Below are positions 12,001-24,000 of a DNA stretch of 64,000 nucleotides, piece after piece. A program made the translations under genes and the position numbers. How positions within the stretch are numbered: position 1 is the first letter of the stretch; each line of letters starts with the position of its first letter. The stretch is from Malacoraja senta (Eukaryota). The notes under the pieces were generated by a model that worked only from the letters and a program-made list of their open reading frames with translations, did not search any database and had not been told where the DNA came from. The stretch lies in NCBI GenBank assembly GCA_038087875.1, contig JAXLNO010000618.1, positions 62,001-126,000 of the forward strand, written 5' to 3'.

Positions 12001-15000
12001 ATAACAATCAGCACGGGAGCACCTCAAGGCTGCGTGCTCAGTCCCCTGCTGCACTCACTCTATACTCATGACTGCGTAGCCGGTCACAGTGCGAACTCCA
12101 TCATCAAGTTCGCTGACGACACCGCTGTTGTGGGACGTATCACTGATGGGGATGAGTCAGAATATAGAAGAGAGATCGAGCAACTGTCCATATGGTGCCA
12201 GCACAATAACCTGGCCCTCAACACCAGCAAAACCAAGGAATTGATTGTGGACTTCGGAAGGGGTAGGATATTTCTGAAGATCTCTCCTGGTCCCAGAACA
12301 CTGATGCAATTATAAAGTAAGCACATCAGCGCCTCTACTTCCTGAGAAGATTACGGAGAGTCGGTTTGTCAAGGAGGACTCTCTCGATCTTCTACAGGTG
12401 CACAGTAGAGAGCATGCTGACCGGTTGCATCGTGGCTTGGTTCGGCAACTTGAGCGCACAGGAGCGGAAAAAGCTACAAAAGGTAGTAAACACTGCCCAG
12501 TCCATTTTCGGCTCTGACCTCCCTACCATCGAGGGGATCTATCGCAGTCGCTGCCTCAAAAAGGCTGGCAGCATCATCAAGGACCCACATCATCCTGGCC
12601 ACACACTTATCACTCCGCTGCCATCAGAGGATCCTGAAATCTGCAACATCCAGGTTCAGGAACAGCTGCTTCCCCACAGCCATCAGGCTATTAAAAACAA
12701 CTTCAAACAAACTGTGAACTACAACAGCCTATTGCACTTTATCTGTTTATTTATGTGTGTATATATATTCTACGATACATGGACACACTGATCTGTTCTG
12801 TATTTATGCCTACAATATTCTGTTGTGCTGCAGCAAGCAAGAATGTCATTGTCCCATCTGGGACTTGACTTGTACAAACCACTACTCACTCTGAATCTCA
12901 TTGATCTGTTTTTCACAGTTGAGGCAAGTCCACAGAGGCCTCTGCTGGGCAGTGACGTCACACTCAGCTGCACCATCTCCAGACTCTCAGATACAGTCAG
13001 TCTTCACTGGAGACCCATGGACTCATCCCAGCAGAACAGGAACAACACTGATCAGATCTGCCTGGATAACACGGTCTATCTGATGGTTCAACACGTTACA
13101 GTGGAGGATGGGAAGCTGTATGTGTGTGATGTGCAGGAAAACGGAAACATTGTTTACACAAGTAATGGAGATTTTACTGTATACAAGTGTAAGTGTAAAC
13201 ACCTCCCATTGGATATCAAGTAGACACTTGTATCACGGTGCTTCTTGTAATATTATGTGTGCGCCCTGTGAAGAACTGTGGCAGTGACCAACTGCTCTCC
13301 AGTATAAAATGCTGCAATGATCAGGGAGAAGTTTACAGAAAGTCTCTCTCTCTGTGGAGCAGCTGCCTGCTTGTCTCTGTGTGACAGACACACAGCACAG
13401 GAGGGGGATGTCTTTCTGTAACCATTGTTCAGTAAAGTATTTTGTCAGTTTATCTTGCCATCAATGCTCCAGTAGTGAGACTGAGATACTGATACAGGAC
13501 TCACGTCAAAGTGTCAGATAGAAAGTGTAGTCACCATGACAACCACCAGCACTTGCTGCTCACACTCACACTGGGGGTCCCGGCCCACACATCAGCACTG
13601 AACAACAATCCATCCCCTCTCCCCTCACTGACCCTTCTCTCCAAGTCTGGTGTTGCTTGAAGTGATTCCAGCTGCTGCAGACTCGGGCTTCTCATCAGCA
13701 TTCAGCTGGGAGCAGGACCCGGGAACAGGGAAGGACAGGGAATCAATGGGTGTGAATGGGAGAGGGATGGTGGGAATAATGGGAATGAAGGGACGGGAAG
13801 ACCCGACCCACTTGAAGTGCCAACCTGTCCGGGTCAGTCCCCACGCAGGCATCCTCTGGGCTGCTTCTGTCCGCAGCCTGAACCTGCACCACCTCCTGCA
13901 GACAGACTGACAGAGACATTCACCTCCCAGACCGCTCTCGGGAGTCTCCGGGAGGTTTCATTCCAACCCGGGAGATTCCCGGACAATCCGGGTGTGGGGG
14001 CGAACCTAATGTTGAAATGTAGAGTGGAATATCCAAACTTCACTGCAATTTACTGCCGTACAGGACATTGTATTTTATAAAGATCTGATGAGTTTAGTGC
14101 GGCATTCATGAAAGATGTTACATTTGAAACTTGATCAGCTGAACAAAACACCACGAATGTTTATAAGAATACGGTTGAGAATCTCTGTATGGCACGGTAA
14201 CTGTAATACTGAAAGGAGTTATCCTCTGTCTCTCTGATACAGATTTACAGAGATACAGACTTTACCGCTCCAGCACAGATCACAGTGAACTTCACCTGGT
14301 TTGTTCTGTGAGTGGTAGCTATTCCCGTGCTCAGTGGACCTGGATATCTCATGACCTTCAACAACACAAAGAAGTAGCATCTGCACACCGGTCTCAGCCC
14401 ATCAATGTCAAAGGAACCGACTTCGGGAATCGACTGGTGACCTCAGGGAAACCCTTCGATGGCAAGGATTTCAGTGTGAGGATTGTCCCCGTTTTGTTTC
14501 AAGATGCCGGAGTTTACACATGTTATCTGGAATCATATCGATTTCCCACCATTGATCTAATCACAGTGAAAGGTAGGAGACAGAATGTTGCCACTGAGTT
14601 TACTGATGAACTTATTGTTTAAAATGTAAACAACCTGCTTGTTTCCACAGTCACAGCTGAACCGTCTGATGCAGTGACTGAGGTAGACAACGTTACCCTG
14701 ACCTGCTCTGTGTCTCACGTCACTGGGTCAATGAGACTGGTTTGGATCAATGGCGATGGCAAAAGTGTTGGAGAAAAGACACTGACTGTGGAAGAGAAAT
14801 CACAGAGTCTGGTTATTCAGAAAGCTGAGAGAGGCAGAGGGAACTGGAGATGTGGTTTGTTTCATCAAGACCTGCCCCAGCTTGTTATCCCGTACTATCA
14901 GGAGCCCCGTGGTAAGTGATAAGGGTTTGTTCTTCATACTTAGAGTCATGATTGAGTTTTGATGTCGCTTATTGATCCTGAAATTTGAGTGGAATATTTT

Positions 15001-18000
15001 CTTCCAGTTTGAGTGGTCTAACTGTTATGATCAATGAATTCTCAAATTTGCTCTGTGTGTTTACTATAACAAACAACTTCTTCTTATGTATGGATCCTGT
15101 TATTACACATGTTTATACTGACAACCTTTTGTCTCCATTTCACCCCTCCATTTTGTCATTATCTCAATCCATCTACTCATCACCATTCCCCACCTGTATC
15201 CACCTATCACTCACCATGCTTTGTCTCATGCCTACTTCCCTTCCCCAGTTGTCACTCTCCCATTCCATCAGTCTGAGAATGCATCCTGACATGAAACGTC
15301 ATCAATCCATTCCCTCCACAGATGCTGCCTGACCCATTGAGTTTCTCCGACACTTTGCGTTTGATCAACATTCCACAATCTGCAGTTTCTTGTGTCTCCA
15401 TGGAGACCCACTGGTCAACGTGGACAGATTGCTGCAGAGGGCCTGTTTCCATGCTGTTCCATGATGATGAATTATAACGTACAACTTAGTAAAGATTAAT
15501 TCTCTGCAATATTGCTACTGACAAGGTCAGTGAAAAATTATTGTCCAACATTTACACATTTGTTCTCTTTTCCTACAGGAAGTGGACATTATATGTACTT
15601 TTTCCATCAGGAAGGCAACTTTGTATTGAAAGGACCAGACAGTCCTGGAAATGGCCCCATTGACTTGGAATGGAGGCCACACTCAGGGCAACAAACCACG
15701 AAGCGATTGGCCACTTTCCACAGAGAAGATCAGCAGTGGGACGTACAATGGAGTGATGAGTACAATCAAATACCAGGCATTTCCCAGAGGATGCATGCGG
15801 ACTGGGGTACCCTTAATCTGAGGATCAGGATGCCCACATTCAAACTTGCAGGACTGTTCACCTGGACTCAAACAGAGCCCGCTGGGAAAATCCTGAGACA
15901 GTGGGAACTATTTGGGATCAAAGGTAATAGAGTCATAGTGTCACACAGCACTGAAACAGGCCCTTTGGTCCAATTCATCCATACTGACCAACTACCCATC
16001 TAAACATCCCATTTGCCCTCATTTGGCCCATATCCATTCAACCTTTTTTCCATCTACCTGTTTAAATACCGTTTAAATGCTGTACCTGCATCAAACACTT
16101 CCTCTGCTCGATCTTTCCATAAAGTATGTTTAGGTACCACACTCTTTGTCAAAACTGCCCCTAATATTAAGGGGTATATCAAATCTGCCCCTCTCACCTT
16201 AAACATGTACTAACTAGTTGTTGATTCCCCAACCCTGGACAAAAGACCATGTGCGTTTACTGTAGATATGCCTCTCATGATTTTATTCACTCCCATATAA
16301 TCTCTGTTAAAGACATCCAAGAAATATAATGTCTGAAGAAGGGTCTCAACCTGAAACGTCACCTATCTATGTTCTCTAGAGTTCAAAGGTCTTTTATTGT
16401 CACGTGTACCAATTAAGGGGCAGTGATATTCATATTACCAGACCTGCTGAATTACTCCTGCACTTTATGTCCTTTTATATATTAACCAGCATCTGCAGTT
16501 CTGTGTTTCTACTATACTAAAAACATCCCTACCTGGAAGTGTTGATGTGGGAGACGAGGGGGCGAGGGGGACAGGTGGTCACTACCAGGAAGTGTTGATG
16601 TGGGAGACGAGGGGGCGAGGGGGACAGGTGGTCACTACCAGGAAGTGTTGATGTGGTAAACGAGGGGGTGAGGGGGACAGGTGGTCACTACCAGGAAGTG
16701 TTGATGTGGGAGACGAGGGGGCGAGGGGGACAGGTGGTCACGACCAGGAAGTGTTGATGTGGGAGACGAGGGGGCGAGGGGGACAGGTGGTCACTACCTG
16801 GAAGTGTTGATGTGGGAGACGAGGGGGCGAGGGGGACAGATGGTCACTACCTTCAAGTGTTGATGTGGGAGACGAGGGGGCGAGGGGGACAGATGGTCAC
16901 TACCAGGAAGTGTTGAAGACATCACTGAGCACGGTAGCTCAACATTCAGCCGACTGTCAGTCTGCAGGAAAAAGACAATTCTGCCCACAGTAGTTCAGAA
17001 AGCTGTTGGTGAACTGAACTACATGTGTCTGTTTCCACAGTTGAGGCCGACTCACCGAGGCCAGTGATGGGCAGTGACATCACCCTCAGCTGTACCATCT
17101 CCAGACTCTCAGATACCATCAGTCTTCACTGGAAACCAAGAGGCTCATCTCAGCAGAACAGGAGGAGCAACACTGATCAAATCCATCTGAATAACGCCGT
17201 CTATCTGATGATCCAACATGTTGGAGCAGGAAATCCCAATCTGTACACATGGGAAGTGCAGGAAAATACCTCCATTGTTCTCACTGGAGACACCAATGTC
17301 GAAGTGGATCAGGGTGAGTCCAAAGCTGCCTTGCAGCAGGTATTAAATAGATCTTGATATCAAACTGTTCCACATGTTGTATAGTGAGCACTGACTCCAC
17401 CCGTGGGCTTCCACACTGCAGGATGTGGACATTGCCTTTACCCTGGGACATGGTGTAAATATAAAATGGTGGCACTAAGATTGATGGAGCCACACAGGAG
17501 AACCAAGAGATTCATTTCAGTTCACCTGCATGAATCAAAGAGAATAATATCCAGTGATGGAAATAACATCTAGTTTTCAGTGTATAACAGAACAGGAAAA
17601 TATGAACTAATTCAAGTATAAATGCAGAGGAAATATCAGAATCAGAATCACATTTTATTGGCCACGTAATAATACACAGGGAATTTGACAGTGCTTTGCT
17701 CGCATAAGGTAAAAACACGATATACAACAGACAATTAAAAATAAAACATTATAATTTAAACATGTGAAAATAAAGTACCTGAGTAAAAAGAGGCTACCGA
17801 CTTTTGGCTGTTGAGTAGAGCTACGGCTCGTGGGAAGAAGTTGTTTTTATGTCTGGCTGTGGCTGCTTTGACAATCAGGACTCACCTGCCAGAGGGAAGT
17901 GATTCAAAGAGTTTGTGGCCTGGGTGAGAGGGGTCAGAGATGATCTTACCCGCTCGCTTCCTGGTCCTTGCAGTGTACAGTTCATCAATGGAGGGAATGT

Positions 18001-21000
18001 TGCAGCCAATAACCTTCTCTGCTGATCGGACGATTCGCTGCAGCCTCCAGGTATCGTGCTTGGTGGCTGAGCCAAACCAGACCATGATGGAGAAGGTGAG
18101 GACAGACTCTATGATGGTAGTGTAAAACTGGACCATCATTGCCTGTGGCAGGTTGTGTTTCCTCAGCTGCCGCAGGAAGTACATCCTCTGTTGGGACTTT
18201 TTGACTGTGGAGTCGATGGTGGCCTCCCAATTAAGGTTGCTGGAGATGATGATTCCGAAGAAATTAAATGACTCCACAGTTGTGACTGTGGTGTTGTTGA
18301 AGATGAGTGGGGGAGGGGAGGGGGAGCTCTACAATCAGGAGGGGAGGATTGAGTCTACAATCAATTCCACTGTCTATAGAGCACTGAGCTTCAGGTTGTT
18401 ACGATGTCAACAGGACACCAGCTTTATGATTAGGGTGACTTGGACATCTTGCTGAAGTAAGCATGCAGGTACAGCAGGCAATGGAGAAAGCAAATGGCAT
18501 GTTGGCCTTCATAGCGAGATGATTTGAGTATAGGAGCAAAGAGATCCTACTGCAGTTGTACGGGGCCCTGTTGAGACCACACCTGGAGTATTGTGTGCAG
18601 TTTTGGTCTCCTAGTTTGAGAAAGGACATTCTTGCTATCGAGGGAGTGCAGCATAGGTTCACCAGGTTAATTCCTGGAATGGCGGACGGACATATGATGA
18701 AAGAATGGATCGACTGGGTATATATTCACTGAAATTTAGAAGGATGAGAAGGGATCTTATAGAAACGTATAAAATTATTAAGGGATTGGGCAGGCTAGAT
18801 GCAGGAAAAATGTTCCCCATGTTGGGCGAGTCCAGAACCAGGGGTCCCAGCTGACATCCCAGAGCCGGGGGTTTGTCCCTGTGGAAACTCACAACATTGT
18901 ATCTCGGCGTGTGTGGAAACTAATTCTTTGTTCCCTGTCCCTCTCTTGCAGGTTTACATAACAAGACGTACACAGTTTATCGCTCAGTCACAGATCACAG
19001 TCAACTCGACCTGATTTGTGAAGCTTCTCCTGAGCTCAGTGAAACCAAATGGACTTGGAGATCACCACGTTTCCAGAATCAAGGGAAGGAAATAGCTTCT
19101 TCTCACAGGTCTGGGCCGATACATGTCAACAGGAGCTACTTTGGGAATCGACTGGAAACCATAGAGGGAAATGTGAATGGCAAGAATTTCCATGTGAGGA
19201 TTGTCCCCGTGCAGTTTGCAGATGCCGGAGTTTACACATGTTCCACGGGATCAAATATTTATGTGACCATTGAACTAATCACAGCTACAGGTAGGAGACT
19301 GGATGTTACTACTTTAAAGAATTAAGTTACTGGTGTAGAGTTTCTAATCTGAGTGCAGACTGCAATGTCAGCAGAAATTCCCAAGTTTGAAGAATTATTT
19401 TACCTCCAGAGCTTCCTCTTCAACTTATTTGTATTTTGCTGAACCCAAAATCTGCTCTAAACCAACATTATTGGGAAGCACATCAAATGTTATTTTCATT
19501 TATTTTGCTGAAAACACATTGTTTTATACATAAGAGAGGGAATATGATGAAATGTGATTCACAAAGGTGCAAATGAGCTTCTATCGAAAATATTTAAAAA
19601 TCATTCAACTTCTCTTAATACATTCCCCAAGTTTCTTTGACCCCAAACGACCCATCCTAATTTTTGAAGGCTCACTGGACGCTTAAAACTGAGTGTATTT
19701 TGTGGAATTTATCGATTAATATTTACCTGGATGAGTGTTGTGGCCAAAACTGTGGCCAGAGACAATGATGTGGGCATTGGTTGCTCTTTGTATAATTAGT
19801 TCAAACTGTTGTGAATGATTATGGAAAAGACACTTGGAGAGGTACATGGATGGGAAAGGTGCAGAGGGATATGGGCCCAATGTGGGAACATATTTTAGAT
19901 GGAGCATCTTGGTCCGCATGGATGAGTTGGGCTGAATGGACCGAATTGTTTCATGCTGTGTGACTATGCCTCTAACTCTTGTTGTGTAATATAATTTTCC
20001 ACACTTAGAACGCCAGATACTGGTGTCAAAGTACTGAGAAAAATACAACACAATCCAGACAAAATTCATTGTTTTACGATTTTCTTCTTTCCACAGTCAC
20101 AACTGAACCATCTAGTGCAGTGACTGAGGGAAGAAACATTACCTTGACCTGCTCTGTGTCTCATGTCACTGAGTCAATAAGACTGGTTTGGATCAATGAT
20201 GAAGGCAAAGTTGTAGAGCAGAAAAATCTCATTCAAACAAAGCAGGAGAACAATTCTTTGCAGCTGATTATTGCAATAGCTGATGGAGTAAGAAGTAAAT
20301 GGACATGTGGTTTGTTTCATCAAAGAACAGCCAAGGTTGTCATTCCATATAATCTGCAGGTGAACAGTAAGTTTCTTAGCTTCTGCTCTTCTTTATCTCG
20401 ACACAGAGTTCTTGTCACGTTGCTATTCTTTTTGGATAACTTTTAACATTCCATGTCTTACTGCAAGTAGAGCATAATCATAGACATTTCCTTCAAACCT
20501 CTTGTCCATGCCTATAAGGTCACTTCTATTGTAAGTAGTCCAGGTCTCTGAAGCACATGTGAGCACATGGATCACTACTGCTGGCAGACCACTGACCAAG
20601 ACCTGTGTTGGCCATCTCATTGAAGGTGATCGGGAATTTCATCATCAATGTCTGTCCTTGTTGATAAGTGTCTCCACAGGTATGAATACTGGTCCAGTAG
20701 TATGAACACCAGTGTGTCACTGTGAACCTTTTTGTCAGAGGTCAGTATAGTAAGGTGGGCAGCTTGGTGCAAGATCTTTGCCATAACACCCAAACTGTGC
20801 CACTTAAAGATCACAAACATAGTGAAAATCATCTTACAAATAGTTGTACAAGTTTCTTTCCCCTGTTCTGATGCTGCAAAACATTACAGCGGTTGAAGCA
20901 TCCACAGTAACTTCACCAAAGGCTGCCATGTGAGAACAGAAGATGTGGGGGAGGGAATACTGATGTCTTCACCTTGTCTGACCATGGCGGCTCAGTGGTA

Positions 21001-24000
21001 GGGTTGCTGCCTTACAGCGCCAGGGACCCGGGTTCAATCCTGACTACAGGTGCTGTCTGTATGGAGTTTGTACCTTCATCCCGTGCCCTGTGTGGGTTTT
21101 CTCCAGGATTTCCGGTTTTCTCCCAAATTCCAAAGATGTACAAGTCTGTAAGTTAATAGGCTTGGTTTAATTGTATGTTGTCCCTGGTGTGTGTAGGATA
21201 GTGCTAGTCTGTGGGAATCGCTGGTTGGTGTGGACTCGGCGAGCAGAAGGACCTGTTTCCGCTCTGTATCTCTAAACTAAACTAAACACGCCCATTCCTC
21301 CCAATCCCACCCATCCGTTAATCCCTGCCCTTCATGTGGCCCCAAGCCTCGGTGAAAGACATTTTGTACAATGCTGACATAAGGCAAAGCACTGATCCCT
21401 AACAGAGGAAGATCCTGTCAACACCCAGGCACAAAGAAACAATCTCCACCACACATAGATCAATGAAGAGTCAGTGAAGCACAAAGTGGAAAGTATCAAT
21501 GTCCCAACAGGAACATTTCAATTCCTCACAGATAATCACATCATCCAATCATAGAATTGTGGAATGGTTGTAGCACAGAAGGTGGCCATTTGACCCATCA
21601 TATCCATGCTAACTCTCATCCAGTGCAACTCGCTAATTCTACCCCCTCTCCTTTTGCCATTACATTGCAGCTTTTTAATCACTTTATATTTGTCCAATTA
21701 TCTCTGGAAAGCCACGATAGAACCCAGCTCCCCAACTGATGCAGATAGTACACTTCAGACTCCAACTACCTGCTGCCTAAAAAGATTGTCCTCAAGTCAT
21801 TCTAGCATTTTTTCCCCTTTATTTTAAACCAATACCTTTTTGTGCTCAGCCTTTCCACTGAAGGGAGCATCCTTCCACAATCCATTCTGGTCAGACTGAA
21901 TAAATGATGCATAAATGAACAATGATGCCATTGATGTGATGAAAGAGCATTATTGACTCTTGTCTTCAAACTCTCTCTTCAGTGTGCCATGGTAATAACT
22001 GGACAGAGAACAGCCATAAAAAGAATCTCAATTATACCAACCATGTTTACTGTTTAGTTTAGAGATACAGAGCGGAAACAGGCCCTTCGGCCCACCGGGG
22101 CCACGCCAACCAGCGATCCCCGCATATTAACACTATCCTACACCCACTAGGGACAATTTATACATTTACCAAACCAATTAAAGGGACGGAGATATCAATC
22201 AGTGAGTGAATAGATTAGTTGGTGTGTGGAATTAATGCATGGATCAACCATCTCCAATTTTACACTAACAACACAGGAAGATATGTTCATTAGGATTGCA
22301 ATAATAATGTGTTCAACCTCATTGACATCAGTAAGCAATGGTTACATGCACAGTACAGTTTTAGTACTTGAAGACCAAAGTTAATTTTTGGAGTTGAAAA
22401 TCGGAATGAAAAATCATAATAATAATCAGCAGGACAGATAGCAACTGTGAAAGAGGAACAACTGTGAAAGAGGAACAAAACCAAGGAACTGATTGTGGAC
22501 TTTGGAAGGGGTAGGATGGGGACCCACAGTCCCGTTTATATCAATGGGTTGATGGTGGAAAGGGTCAAGAGCTTCAAATTCCTGGGCGTGCACATCTCTG
22601 AAGATCTCTCCTGGTCCGAGAACACTGATGCTATTATAAAGAAAGCACATCAGCGCCTCTACTTCGTGAGAAGATTACGGAGAGTCGGTTTGTCAAGGAG
22701 GACTCTCTCTAACTTCTACAGGTGCACAGTAGAGAGCATGCTGACCGGTTGCATCGTGGCTTGGTTCGGCAACTTGAGCGCCCAGGAGCGAAAAGGACTA
22801 CAAAAAGATGTGACCACTGCCCAGCCCATCACCGGCTCTGACCTCCCTACCATAGAGGGGATCTATCGCAGTCGCTGCCTCAAAAAGGCTGGCAGCATCA
22901 TCAAGGACCCACATCATCCTGGCCACACACTCATCTCCCCGCTACCTTCAGGTAGAAGGTACAGGAGCCTGAAGACTGCAACGACCAGGTTCAGGAATAG
23001 CTACTTCCCCACAGCCATCAGGCTATGAAACTCAACTCAAACAAAACTCTGAACATTAATAGCCCATAATCAGTTTATTTCCACTTTATCTGTTTTATTT
23101 ATTCATGTGTGTATATATTTATACAATGGTATATGGACACACTGATCTGTTCTGTATTCATGCCGTCTATATTCTGTTGTGCTGAAGCAAAGCAAGAATT
23201 TCATTGTCCTAACTGGGACACACGACAATAAATTCTCTTGAATCTTGAATCTTGAGTCCAGCCATGATCGCATTAAATGGCGGTGCTGGCTCGAGGGGCT
23301 GAATGGCCTACCCCTGCACCTATTGTCTATTGTCAAAGATCCTTTCTTTGAATCTGACAACGTTTTTTTCATCATAAAACATGAACTCACTTCTTTCCCT
23401 TTCCACGGATACTGCTCAAACGGCTGAGTATTTCTAACGTTTACAGTTCTTGTGCTCCTGGTTATAGAGGATTGAAGCTGGAGGGCAATATCCACTCTGT
23501 TGTCAGCAGTGCTCATTCAACCATTGTTCCAGGCTTAGACTATGATAGACATTTGTCCACTGTACAGTGGGAAGTATCACAGCTGAATCAGCTACTTTAT
23601 CAACCATCAGCTCCCATCTCCTGCCTGAGAAATGTCAGCTGATTGTAACCAAGAAATAGAAACTTGTGTGAATGTTTACAGTCTCTAACTGATGGCTACT
23701 GAGGCAAGTTGTGGCTCTCTGATCTTTCTGAGTACGGTCAATTAATCTGGGGGAGAAAAGACACAATGTGCTGGAGTAACTCAACGGGTCAGGCGGAATC
23801 TCTGGAGAACATGGATAGGTGAGGTTTTGGGTCTCGACCCTACTTCAGACTAAAGGGCTGTGACCCGCAATGTCAACTGCCTAACCTGCTGAGTTTCTCC
23901 AACACTTTGTGTCTTTTATTGGTAAACTGTCATCTGCAGTACCTTATGTCTCAGTGAATCTGGATCACAAGTTAAACTCAAGACTTCTGATCTACATTAG

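Noticed and set aside
14912-14919. In-frame stop right after the D4 donor (secreted 4-domain form) and hydrophobic read-through after D8 (20367-20446)
   Set aside because: Stops and T-rich runs are common after GTAAGT donors; no poly(A) or transcript evidence is visible.
16533-16915. Regular repeats (also 9157-9520, 41220-41930, 48432-49610, 50815-53130) as CRISPR-like arrays
   Set aside because: Head-to-tail units with no unique spacers, no cas genes, and a vertebrate context.
21962-22050. Possible stalk exon after ctctctcttcag at about 21983
   Set aside because: Acceptor-like, but I found no convincing in-phase donor before a stop and no stalk-like composition.
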